A stretch of 64,000 bases of DNA from Octopus sinensis (GCF_006345805.1 NC_043003.1:23932001-23996000), one strand, 5' to 3'. Counted from the first letter of the stretch, positions 39,094 through 51,360 are shown. Translations and numbers: made by a program. Notes: generated by a model from the sequence alone, not told the origin.

Positions 39094-39172
39094 CTTCTAT
39101 AAAAAATTAATTTACTCTGCTATGTATTGAGTACCTTATTTACTGTGGTTAACCCCGACTCAACCGGGGACC

Positions 39173-39219
<47 letters not shown>

Positions 39220-39418
39220 GCATATGTATAACACATACACACATATATATATATATATATAATATATATATTATATATATATATATATATATTATTCATT
39301 TCTATAGCTATGTATATAAATTAAATCGTATGTATGCATAAATATAAGTATGTATGTATATATATGGATATATATGAGTGTGTGTGTGTTATTATCAATA
39401 TATCTATCTATACATTTG

Positions 39419-39495
<77 letters not shown>

Positions 39496-40009
39496 GTTTG
39501 TATATGTATATATATATATATATGTATGTATGTATGTATATGTATATGTATATAGATATATGTATTTATACATATATACATACACATACATATATACATA
39601 CATACATACATAAATACATAGATACATACATACAGACAGACATACGTACATACATGCATACATACGTACATACATACATAGATGTTTGTGTATCAGGATG
39701 TACGCTCTTTGTTGATGTATATATATATATATATATGTGTGTGCATTGTCCGAAAGTAAACATAGGAAACTTGTTGTGATGTCCAATGAAAGGAAGCAAC
39801 GGTAAGCATCGAATGATTCGAGTGGAAAGAAAAAAAAAGACAGAGAGAGACTACATTAAGGAGAAGGGTTGAGAGTAACGGAAAAAAAGCATGGCCTGTG
39901 CAGGAAAAATAAACACAAATTTTACAGTAGAAGCGTTTGCCAAATTTTCATCATCTTCACCGCTAGCACCACCATCTTAATAGTCGTCGCCGTCGTTGCC
40001 GTCGATGTT

Positions 40010-40157
40010 ATAATCATCATCCTCATCATCATAATCGTCGTCATCATCATCATCGTCATCATCATTATTATGAAGATTGTTATTGTTATTTTCGTTGGTA
40101 CTGTTTCGTTGTCATTATTATTAATACGATTATCATCATCATCCTCATCATCATCAG

Positions 40158-40243
<86 letters not shown>

Positions 40244-40280
40244 CCACCATCATCATCACCATCATCATAACCATCATCAC

Positions 40281-40327
<47 letters not shown>

Positions 40328-40343
40328 CCATCATCATCATCAT

Positions 40344-40375
<32 letters not shown>

Positions 40376-40467
40376 CCACCACCACCATCATCATCTTCAT
40401 CATCATCACCATCATCATCACCATCATCATCATCACCACCACCATCGTCGTCATCGTCGTCGTCGTT
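40010..40467 (+). repeat. (ATC)n microsatellite, degenerate at the edges
   Basis: Direct reading; explains the poly-D/M/S ORFs. Confidence 0.95.
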
Positions 40468-40689
40468 CTTAGAGCATATGGAGAAGAAATTTCCCACTTC
40501 GTTCCATGTTAGTTTACTTATTAAATACTTTTTCCTCAACTTTATTTGGAGCACGTTTTCTTATTAAGCAGCAAAACTAAGATAAATGTCGAGAAATTTG
40601 AAGACGTGCCAAGTTTCACCATGAGTGATATATAGATACATACATACAATGATGTACGTATGATTGTATGTATGTATGTACGTATGTGT

Positions 40690-40990
40690 GGAGGGGCAAT
40701 GGCCCAGTGGTTAGGGCAGCGACTCGCCGTCAGAGGATCGCAGTTTCGATTGCCAGACCGGGCGTTGTGTGTGTTTATTGAGCGAAAATAACTAAAGCTC
40801 CACGAACTCCGGCAGGAGGTGCTGGCAACCCCTGTTGTACTCTTTCGCCTCAACTTTCTCTTACTCTCTCTTCCTGTTTCTTGAGTAACGATGCGATAGA
40901 CTGGCGTTGCGTCCAGCTGGGGGGGGGGCATACGCCACAGAAACGGGGAAACCGGGCCCATGAGCCTCGCTAGGCTTGAAAAAGGGCGCA
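40690..40990 (+). mobile_element. tRNA-derived SINE family C with the aagggcgca tail
   Basis: Head and body as 14329; tail as 36136-36381. Confidence 0.85.
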
Positions 40991-41393
40991 TAAATATATA
41001 ATGTATGTATGTATGCATGTATGGATGGATGGATGGATGGATGACGGATGGATGGAATGATGGATGGTTGGGTGGATTCATGTAAGTTTATATGTGTATA
41101 AACGTAATTCTCTAGCTAATATGTACATACATGTCTGTGTGTGTGTACGTTTATGTATGTGAAACGGTAGTTTAGATATATTCTCAATATCATGCATGTA
41201 TAGACAGGTATTTCTGTGTATGTGCATGTACACAAGTGTTTGCATTAGTGTGTATGTATGCGTGTGATTATGTGATATCTTTATTTGAATACGTGCTAGT
41301 TTGGTACAATATAAATGTGAATGGTAGTAGTATACGCATATATGTCTGTGTATATAGGTACACACGCACACACACACACATACCCACACATAT

Positions 41394-41439
<46 letters not shown>

Positions 41440-41472
41440 CTGTATTATGGTATATATAAATATACATTATAT

Positions 41473-41511
<39 letters not shown>

Positions 41512-41646
41512 ACGATGTAAAGTTGGGTGTTACCGCACGAATAAAAATATAAGAAAATATTTGAAAATGCAGGAGTATTGTAAACGTATTTATTAAATTT
41601 ATTAACCGTATTCACTTATTAAAAAGATTTTCAGAAGTAAAGTGTG

Positions 41647-43255
41647 AGGTTCTGTGTAACCTCCGTGGTATCCAAAATTAGTTTACAAAAATGTATTCAA
41701 GTCAAGTGATGGAGTCTTTTGTAATTATAAGAAAAGTTTTAAGGTTTTGTGTATCCTCTGTGATGAGTCAAAAAAATAGTTTACATTAAAACATTCAGAT
41801 CAGGTAAACATTTTCAGGTGTAAAACCTCTGAGGGTGGCTGATGGTCACAGTTCACAACTGTAGTTGACGAATGATAAGAATGTTTTGAGTGCGTTTATA
41901 TGTCTCGCATTTCGCTGGAGTTTGGCAGTTATAAACAGAGTGGTAAATTTTCTGTATAAAATCTTCCTTCTATCTAAAACCTCTCGAAAGAGCTGTTCTT
42001 CACTGCTGCTCCAGAGCGTCGGCTGCGGGGTCATTCCGAAAAGCTCTATCTGCGACGATTTCATCTCAATCGAAGGAGAGGGGCTTTCTCCGTCCGGGTT
42101 GCGGATCCGTGGAATAAGCTGCCAGACGAGATGGTGAAGATGCCGACGACCGCTCGGTTCAAAGTCTCCCTTGACCTCAAGTGGCCTGAACTCTTTACAT
42201 GAACACCACCCTGAACATAACTCCATGTCCCGCTACATGGCCTTACTTTTTGCTTTTTGAGCCAAAAAATTAACTAACTAACTAACTAACTAAAAATGAT
42301 AAATGCTAATAATATATCCCTTAAATAACAATGTCATCTAGTATTCGTTTTCAGGTGTAAAAACAATGTGGGTAGCTGATGGTCACAGGTCACAATGTAG
42401 TTGACGATTGATTACAAAGTATGCGTGTAAGTATGCATGTTTTTTTCCGGGAAATGTGGATAGGAGGCTGTGTGTGTGAACGTATCTGCGTTTATCGAGG
42501 TGTTCCATGTGTGTATGTGTATGTGTGTGCCTGTGTATCTATGCATGCCTGCGTGTATGTGTTGCGGTTGTCAGGCCAGATGCGAGATATAAACGCACTC
42601 AAAACCTTATTATCAATCGTCAATTATATTGTGAACTGTGACCATCAGCCATCCCCCCCCCATACACACGCACTATTTTCACACCTGGAAACAAATACTG
42701 GATGGCAATGTCATTTAGGGGTTATATCATCAACATTTATCATTTCTGGATAAAAAAATAATTTTATGCAAAAGAATTGCAACTCTTTTTATAACTGCCC
42801 AACTCCAGCCTTATGCAAGACATTAGAAACCACTTTCGAGAACTTTAAATAGTCTGTTACATATTTTATTTTCTTGACAAAAACTCTATTACTTGATCGG
42901 GATGTATTCATGTAAACTAATTTTCATCTTATCATTATAAAAGAATTTTATTATCTGATCTGAATGTTTTTTATGTAAACTATTTCTTGACTCACCGCAG
43001 AGGATACACATATTTTATCTTCTTGTCGAAGACTATTATTTGTTCGAGATATATTTATGTAAACTAATTTTTTCTTCTTATTATAAAAACATTTTATTAT
43101 CTAATCTGAATGGTTTTTATGCAAACTATTTTCTGACTCATCACATAGGATACAGAAAGCCTCAAACCTTTTCTTATCATTATGAAAGTCTCTATCACAT
43201 GATTTGAATACATTTTTAAAACTATTTTTCATACCACAGAGGATACCCGTAACCT
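41647..43255. mobile_element. Foldback-like element with long imperfect inverted arms and internal subrepeats
   Basis: 41647-41910 aligns in reverse complement to pieces of 42580-43255. The right arm has extra ~130-bp units, and there is an extra direct copy at 42349-42415. Confidence 0.6.
41983..42292 (+). mobile_element. CR1-clade LINE 3' end with (TAAC)n tail, nested in the foldback element
   Basis: KELFFTAAPERRLRGHSEKLYLRRFHLNRRRGAFSVRVADPWNKLPDEMV...FKVSLD* (LRGH..KL...FSVRV...WN.LP motif). Confidence 0.85.
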
Positions 43256-43387
43256 AGTATATATGTGTGTTTAAATGTAACAACTATATATTATATATCT
43301 ATTTCAGATATATATATATATATATATATATAATATAATATATATATATATATATATAGATATATATATATATATATATAATATATA

Positions 43388-43717
43388 CATATATGCATAA
43401 AAATACAAATGTGTGCCTATGTTTACAGCTATATAAGACTGAGCATTTTACTTTAGAAAGAAAATCCTTTTAAATAAAGAAAAACGGTTACATTAACAAT
43501 ACTTTTAGAGGACTTCTGCATTTTCAGATATTTTCTTTACACACACACATATATATATGTGTGTGTATGTATACATACATTATATATATATCTATATATA
43601 TATATATAATATATTTATATATATATATAATATATATATATATTATAACATATATACATATATGCATACAAATACAAATGTGTGTCTATGTTTACAGCTA
43701 TATAAGACTGAGCATTT
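43388..43717 (+). repeat. Two ~61-bp direct repeats, 269-bp period, each following TA microsatellite
   Basis: catatatgcata(a/c)aaatacaaatgtgtg(c/t)ctatgtttacagctatataagactgagcattt. Confidence 0.8.
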
Positions 43718-44125
43718 GCATGTGCGCGAACGCATGGTTGATAATGATATATGCATGTATATATGCGGTGTATGAATGAAAAAAATTAATGCCATGTATA
43801 ACTATATTTTACTTAGTTTTATATTTCTTTATAACTATAACTATATCTACGGAGATATCGATATCACTTACACACAAATTTCTAGCTCAGTTTCAGGAAG
43901 TGATATCTCGACAGGTGACTCTATGAATGCAGTTGATTGTTTCGAACAAACATTCAATACTCTGTGGATAATGTGTCTACTTTGATATTGCATATATAAT
44001 CATCTTCCAAATGTACCGATCTTTTGATTGTTACAATCGACACACATAAGATTTATATATATAAATACAAACAAAAAATATATATATTAGACTTAGCTAT
44101 ATGTACGTTTACACGGATACTCTAA

Positions 44126-44190
<65 letters not shown>

Positions 44191-44266
44191 AGTCTATTTA
44201 TCTAGCTATGCAATTATCTAACTATCTATCTATTTTTCATATATCGAACCATCTACGTAGCCATCA

Positions 44267-44299
<33 letters not shown>

Positions 44300-44402
44300 T
44301 GCACACACACATGCACACACACACATATACATATATTCTACATGCGACATATAACATATCCATATATCAATATTTCACTTTACATTTAAAACTTCATATA
44401 TA

Positions 44403-45706
44403 TAGGCTGTTCCATAAAGAGCGTCGAATTTGAATCGGGCAACACTTTTGTGTTTTAGAGTTTGAAGGCAAGCTTTTATCATGTTTGCTATCTCTCTTAT
44501 CTCAGATTAATAGTTTTTTGTTTGTTTTTCAGAATAGTTGCAGTGTTTCGTGGAGTAGTTTACAATTGAGCAACGCGTTTTCACCGTGAAGACATTTTAC
44601 CAAAACGGAGAAAAGTGTGACGCAAACAGCTCGAATACTTCTTACTATTTGGGGGAGAAATGAAGCACCCAACGAGTCTACAGTTCCCAGACTAATGTCG
44701 AAGTGTAAAACAACTCGTGCAGTTGCAACGGCCAAATCGCCTGGGTCGAATCGTTCTCGTAGGACAGAACAACAAATTGTTGTTGTGTGAGACAATATCA
44801 CTGAGTCCGGGAAAATCGATTCGTCGATGTTCGCAGCAGTGGGGCATCCCGACCACTTCATTACATCGAATTTTGCATAAAGATCTCCATATTCATGCTT
44901 GCAAAATTTATCTTATGCATCATCTTCAGCCACCTGACCATGGGAGGCGGAGGAAATTGTTGACTGGGTTGTGGAGAGACTTGCAGCTGACGAAAATTTT
45001 GGTAAGAAAATCACCTTCAGTGACGAGGCCTACTTCCACTTGAGTGGATTTGTCAATATACAGAATTTCCGGATTTGAGGAAATGAATATCCCTAAATAA
45101 TGCAGGAGCGTAAAATGCATCCACTGAAAGCGACTGTGTGGTGTGGTTTTTGGGCAGGTGGAGTGTTTGGACCGTACTATTTTGTAAATGATGAGGGGAA
45201 TGTACTTACCATTAACGAAGAACTGCTATCCACTCAGTTGTGGCCGACTTTAGAAGATACGGAGATGGACACCCTCTGGTTTCAGCAGGATGGAGCGACT
45301 TGCCACACTTCGCGCCAAAACGATTGCATTACTCCACGAAAGCTTTCCGCAACGATTGATATCCTTTGCATGGTGACCAGCAATGCCCACCAAGGACATC
45401 TTACCGCTTGTGATTTCTTCTTATGGCGGAATGTATAATCAGAGGTATATGTCAAGAAACTATACACAATGTTTGAACTCAAGGCTAAAATCAGGCGTGT
45501 AATTGAAGGCAAAGGGCCAAACATCTTTGAAGAGTTATCGGAAATTTTGAGGAGAGCATAAATGTATGCAGATTCAGTACAAGTGGACATATGACATACA
45601 TTGTGTTTCATACCTAAATGTGTGACATAATTTATTAGAAATATGTAGAATATAACCCTGCTTATAAGATTTCGTTTAATTATTCACCTTTCAAATTCAG
45701 CCCCTG
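44403..45706 (+). mobile_element. Tc1/mariner DNA transposon, rosa/DD41D-like, degenerate full-length
   Basis: TA flanks; left TIR (t)aggctgttccataaagagcgtcgaatttgaa; right TIR internally deleted (ttcaaattcagcccctg); transposase remnants inside. Confidence 0.85.
44550..45617 (+). pseudogene. Mariner-family transposase pseudogene
   Basis: FTIEQRVF; SIRRCSQQ.GIP.TSLHRILHKDL; ITFSDEAYFHLSGFVNIQN; MHPLKATVWCGFWAGGVFGPYYF; WFQQDGATCHTS; LTACDFFLW. Multiple stops and frameshifts. Confidence 0.88.
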
Positions 45707-46026
45707 TATATATGGCTGTACATGCATATAAATATATATATATATATATATATGTATTATGTATGTATGTATGTATGTATGTATGTATAAATGTGTGTAT
45801 GTATATATATATATATTAATATATATATATATATACATACACACATTTATACATGTATATATATATGTGTGTGTGTATATAAAGTTATACACGGAGGAAA
45901 GACCATTACGTGCTAAAACGTGCTAAAATGTGCAGTGAAATTCCTAAACCACGAAAGAACAATCTTATTTAGAGTACTTTGATTGTAAGCGAGCAGCACA
46001 ATTTGGAAGAATTAAAATATCAGTTA

Positions 46027-46103
46027 ATTCTATACTTCGATGTTTCACCATTAATGATTAAATAAATCAATTAATTAATCAATCAATTGATCTTCAGTAG
46101 AAT
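46027..46103 (-). ncRNA. Minimal type I hammerhead motif, copy 1 (degenerate stem II)
   Basis: Reverse complement ATTCTA-CTGAAGA-(TCAATTGA...TTAATGGT)-GAAA-CATCGAAG-TA-TAGAAT; near-palindromic stem III ACATCGAAGT. Confidence 0.6.
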
Positions 46104-46476
46104 GATGGGACATATAATTATAAAACTTTAATCCGTACTAAACACAAAGGAAGCAAGTGCATACTAAAGTTCATTGTTACACATCAAGAATTCAAATCAA
46201 ATGATCTCAATCATCGTGCCGAGCCAGAATAATACAGCAGAGAATATATATTCAACTGTGAATTATCTGACTCAAGATGCAAGATATTTATATATAAATA
46301 TAAAAGGTAAAAATTCTAAAGAATAATAATTTATACTAGTGGCTAGTATGAGTAACAAATTCAGTAGATGTAAATATGTTTACAATATATATGAGTGTAC
46401 AAAATTTATACATGGAGAGAAGAACACTATGAGTGTAAGCCAACAGGACAATTTGAAAGAATTGAAATATCAGTTA

Positions 46477-46564
46477 ATTCTATATTCCGAGGTTTCACTA
46501 TTAATAATTAAATAACTCAATTAATCAATTGATGAATTAACCATCCGTGGATCTTCAGTAGAAT
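46477..46564 (-). ncRNA. Minimal type I hammerhead motif, copy 2 (more degenerate)
   Basis: Reverse complement ATTCTA-CTGAAGA-(TCCA...TAGT)-GAAA-CCTCGGAA-TA-TAGAAT; the 15.2-16.2 pair is broken. Confidence 0.5.
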
Positions 46565-46730
46565 AGTGAGATGTATAATTATAAAATTGGAATATGTACC
46601 GAAACACAAAGGAAATACGTGCATACTGAGTTTCATTGTTACACATCAAGAATTCTAATCAAACGACTTCATTCATCATGTTGAGGCACAATATTACAGC
46701 AGTTGAATTTACAATATACTGTTGAATTAG

Positions 46731-47020
46731 CATAGCGTTCAAAGGCCCACAACTCATGAATGCCCTGCCACAAAAATTAAAGAACTAGACATCCTCCTTT
46801 CCACAATACTGGATGAAACAAGAGTCCGACATGAGGTACAGGCAAGGGCAGCGGAATCAAACTCCCTTATGCACCAAATGGGTCAGCAGCTAGGACAAAA
46901 GCGCATACAGGAGTGGTGATGTGAAACACCCCAGACTAAAACCAATAGAACGATCACAGAGGTATTCTAGCATGACGGCAAACGCATGGCTGAAACGAGT
47001 AAATGTGTAAAGGATAAAAT
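46731..47020 (+). mobile_element. CR1-clade LINE 3' end, degenerate
   Basis: FKGPQLMNALPQKL...RAAESNSLMHQ; tail gaggtattctagcatgacggcaaacgcatggctgaaacgagtaaa. Confidence 0.7.
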
Positions 47021-47108
47021 ATATATGTATGTATACATATATAATATATATATATATAATATATATATTATATATATATTATAGATATATATATGTATAT
47101 ATATATAT

Positions 47109-47183
<75 letters not shown>

Positions 47184-47216
47184 GGAGTTAAACGCAGGTG
47201 TTATTCAAATTCTTTT

Positions 47217-47303
47217 ACTTCCGACACATATTTCGAAGATTCACTGGTATTATTCCAAAGGAAAAAATGGTGTAAAACAATGTAATCTTCTCTTCAGGGA
47301 AAT
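47217..47303 (-). ncRNA. Type I hammerhead ribozyme motif with extended stem II (Penelope pLTR-type)
   Basis: Reverse complement ATTTCC-CTGAAGA-GAAGATT...AATCTTC-GAAA-TATGTG-TC-GGAAGT: 7-bp stem II starting with G-C, GUC triplet, 6-bp stem I with one G.U. Confidence 0.75.
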
Positions 47304-47426
47304 GAAGAAATGAAACTCGTCAATAAGACATTTTAACAGTATATTTACTTGTGTGATTTTTTTGCTACCTGGTAACTATTTATCTATTTTCCCGTGTTAA
47401 TTGTAACAAGGGAAAATCCACCTCTC

Positions 47427-47465
<39 letters not shown>

Positions 47466-47489
47466 ATATATATATATATGTGTGTGGTG

Positions 47490-47521
<32 letters not shown>

Positions 47522-48240
47522 TGTGCGTGTGCGTGTGTGTGCGTATACACACACATTAACCTATCTATAACCACAGATGTACATATTTCTCTAGCTTTCT
47601 TTCGCCAATATACATGTATACATACATACAATCATACATACATACATGAATGCACACAAGCGAGTATATATATATATACACATTAATATATGTATGGGTA
47701 TGTATACAGGTATGTGAACGTGTTTTCTTTCTGTGTGTTTATATATATTATATAAAGAGTAGTCGTGAACGTAAGAGTGCAGAATCTGTAAATATGACGT
47801 ATGCTTTCTCTTTGACGTTTCCCGTTTCTCTCATCAAAGCTACTCCTCTCTCATATATCATACAATTAATTAGCTTGATTTTTTGCCAAATACTTACAAT
47901 TTTCTATCTTCTCACTTAAATGTTTCAGTTTTACAATGCATGTTAAAAGAAGATCCATTTCTTCAATTATTTGTAATATTCCGCTTTTTTGTATCAGCTT
48001 AGACATATATCATTCATATATATCTTTTATATATAGCATCATTCTATTTACTCTGTTGCATTTCAAGTCATTAGAAGACGCTATTAACCTAAGAAATTTA
48101 TTTGCGCATACACTTATATACATATATATATATAAATACAATTTCATTCCAAGATTTATTTATGTTTAACAACTGAATGGATTTTAGAAAAGCATCTAAA
48201 TATGTTGAGCACTTCTGTAGATATATGTCTATATTTTTTA

Positions 48241-48543
48241 TGCACCCTTTTCAAGCGTAGCCAGGCTCATGGGTCCGGTTTCCCGGTTTCTGTGGCGTAT
48301 GTGTCCCCCCAGCTGGACGGAACACCAGTCCATTGCAACGTTACTCAAGAAACAGGAATAAAGAGTGACAGAAAGTTGGTGGCGAAAGAGTACAACAGCG
48401 GTGGCCACCACCCCCTGCCGGGGCCTCGTGGAGCTTTCGGTGTTTTCGCTCAATAAACACACACAACGCCCGGTCTGGGAATCGAAACCGCGATCCTCCG
48501 ACCGCGAATCCGCTACCCTAACCACTGGGCCACTGCACCTCCA
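48241..48543 (-). mobile_element. tRNA-derived SINE family C, full length
   Basis: Reverse complement ggaggtgcagtggcccagtggttagggtagcggattcgcggtcggaggatcgcggtttcgattcccagacc...aaaagggtgca; a TCG anticodon-like triplet suggests tRNA-Arg origin. Confidence 0.88.
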
Positions 48544-48969
48544 CATATGTCTATATACGAATACATTTATCCAAACATTCACTCGCAATTTCCATTCTCG
48601 TGAATATGTGCCAATTCATGCTACTCCACTCAGGAAATCTACAATCATGTCCATATATTAATACCTGTTTCTATTTACATCATTTCATTTAGAATCATGA
48701 GTTTATGTTTAAAATAAGAATTTAATTCTATACGATAAACTTATAAGGCTTCTTCATACATATATACAGATTTCTACTTAGCGTGATTCGTCAATTCACG
48801 TATAATTCTACTACTATAGAAATACAATATACATTCTATAATTACACCTCGTAAGAGCATATAGGTTTATACCTAATGATGGATGTATCTGTCCTACAGG
48901 TGTATGACTTTTATCCAGTCGATTTTAAACGCATATAAACTATTATGAAAGTAAATCACACACACACAC

Positions 48970-49022
<53 letters not shown>

Positions 49023-49030
49023 TATGTATA

Positions 49031-49066
<36 letters not shown>

Positions 49067-49068
49067 TA

Positions 49069-49286
49069 CAGGGTTGGCCTAAAGTCAAATGACAGTAAAT
49101 CAAATACCATTTAATTCCAAGATTTATTTATGTTTAACAAATGAATGAATTCTAAATATGAAACTTCATGAAAATGTTTCAAACTGAAGTCCTTCTTGAG
49201 CGACTTCATTATTGAAATGAATAAATAAAATTGAATATTAAATATTTAAGGAATTTTGTGATTCATTGGTGACTTCCGGCCATGCC

Positions 49287-49288
<2 letters not shown>
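49069..49288. mobile_element. Tc1/mariner-type MITE, same family as 7059-7289, opposite orientation
   Basis: cagggttggcctaaagtcaaatgacagtaaatc...ggtgacttccggccatgcctg. A further internal fragment lies at ~48141-48203. Confidence 0.75.
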
Positions 49289-49331
<43 letters not shown>

Positions 49332-49422
49332 CCATAGACAGATACACAAATACACACGCGCACGCGCGCACACACACACACCCACACACACCACACACAA
49401 CAACAACACACACACACATATA

Positions 49423-49462
<40 letters not shown>

Positions 49463-49732
49463 TACACCATGGCACAGCGTTGGTGTAGATTGTAAGCACA
49501 CTCGTAGCGAAAACAAAAACATATCGGTTCGTGCCCCACGCCATACGGGAAAGTCTACTTTGTTGCCTTTGATGGCTCATATACTCCATTATTAGACTAT
49601 TTTTGTTAGTCACTGAACGATAATCGCTTATAAGCTCTAAGCTTATAAAATACTATCGTGATTATTGACAGAATTGTCAAAATCGACGCTGCTTATCAAA
49701 ACACATCGCAGCTGATCAAAACACACACACTT

Positions 49733-49771
<39 letters not shown>

Positions 49772-49805
49772 CTAATTTCATCAATATAATGAAATTAATA
49801 ATAGT

Positions 49806-50070
49806 AAGAAGAAGAAGAAGGAGGAGGAGGAGGAGGAGGAGGAGAGGAGGAGGAGAAGAAGAAGAAGAAGAAGTAGAGGGAGAAAAAGAAGAAGAAGAAG
49901 AAGAAGAAGAAGAAGAAGAAAAAGAAAAAGAAGAAGAAGAAGAAAAAGAAGAAGAAGAAGAAGAAGAAGAAAAAGAAAAAGAAGAAGAAGAAGAAGAAGA
50001 AGAAGAAGAAGAAGAAGAAGAAGAAGAAGAATAGAAGAAGAAGAAGAAGAAGAAGAAGAAGAAGAAGAAG
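49806..50070 (+). repeat. (GAA/GGA)n purine-rich microsatellite
   Basis: Direct reading; explains the poly-E/R/S ORFs. Confidence 0.95.
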
Positions 50071-50169
50071 GACGTCAATAACAATATTTTTATAAGTAAA
50101 TAAATGATTGTTATAATCTTAATTATCAGCAGTTGCTTCCAAATTTCCAAAATCAATGATTACAAGTGA

Positions 50170-50590
50170 TCAATTATTACATTTTTCTTTAGCAATTTCA
50201 GAGTGCTTGTTAATGATGTCTCTTCCAAGCCTAGCGTACCTCATTCCGAGTATGCCTTGTTCAAGTCTGCGTTTCGTGTCATCGGTCATGTCTTACTGTA
50301 TTATATCACTTTCTATTTGAAGTTCCAAATTAAGTCAGCAAGTAATGAGAATTGTCTTCTGCAGATGTTTCTATATGATGCAGTGTGAGCTTTTTTATCA
50401 ACTCTTGAATATGTCGCTTGTTGCACCTTTTATGCATATACATGTGCACTCATTTTTACAGCACATTTGTATATAATGTTTTGATGCAAGTGTTTGATAG
50501 CGGACATGCTTTGCTCTCTCTGAAATTAAAATTTCATACTGTACTGTTTCCACCTAGGTTATTATTGCGTTATTCTATCTAGATTTGCCT
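50170..50590 (-). mobile_element. Penelope-like GIY-YIG fragment
   Basis: Minus strand: RESKACPLSNTC..NIIYKCAV; GATSDIFK; KAHTASYRN...LLADLIWNFK; INKHSEIA. Confidence 0.7.
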
Positions 50591-50704
50591 CTGTAGTGGC
50601 ACTGTTGTTTTTATTGATATATATATATTTGTTTCTATCAGAATGTAATTATACCCAATGTAATTATTATTATTATTGCTTACTCCATTCCTCTCGTTAT
50701 TTAT

Positions 50705-50747
<43 letters not shown>

Positions 50748-50770
50748 TATATATATTATATATATTTTTA

Positions 50771-51040
50771 AAAAGACCCCCTTCGGTCATAAATGACCAT
50801 GGGATTGCACCTAGAAAGTTACCCTCCTAGACCACAATCTGGGCAAGGTTGTTTTTTATGGAAGGCCAGCAGTCGCCCATGCATACCATCCTCCCCTCTC
50901 CACGCCCCACCAGTGTTATCCAAGGGAAAGACAAAGGGTCGATACGCTTGGCACCAGTGACGTCGCAACTCATTTCTACAGCTGAGTGAACTGGGCAACG
51001 TGAAATAAAGTGCCTTGCTCGAGAACACAACACGAGCCCG
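50771..51040 (-). mobile_element. SINE family E (body shared with family D), head missing
   Basis: Reverse complement includes gtgttgtgttctcgagcaaggcactttatttcacgttgcccagttcactcagctg; homolog of 54007-54325. Confidence 0.8.
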
Positions 51041-51077
51041 TATAAAGGATGAAAAGGGACACACGAGTTGATATATA

Positions 51078-51311
51078 TGAAAAAACAAGTCAAGATAGAA
51101 AATGCTCCACCTCGGCTTTAGAATAACACAAATACACACGCAAATATTACATTCCTAAGAATCCATTAAAAATCAGCCCCAATCACAGCTATAACCCACA
51201 ACGTGCCAACTTTAAATCATCCAACATCGCACTTCCAATGTAATATTTGCGTGTGTATTTGTGTTATTCTAAGCCGGGTGAAACATTTTTCTATCTTGAC
51301 TTGTTTTTTCA
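51078..51311. mobile_element. Hairpin/MITE-like element with ~76-bp inverted arms, in (TA)n
   Basis: gaaaaaacaagtcaagatagaaaatg...gaataacacaaatacacacgcaaatattacatt and its near-exact reverse complement at 51237-51311. Confidence 0.85.
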
Positions 51312-51319
51312 TATATATA

Positions 51320-51360
<41 letters not shown>

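Larger units (their letters stand above)
45975..46730 (-). repeat. Diverged tandem dimer, 450-bp period (retrozyme/pLTR-like)
   Basis: ~45975-46265 aligns to ~46425-46728 (e.g. aatatcagttaattctata, gatcttcagtagaat, ttcattgttacacatcaagaattc). Confidence 0.8.
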
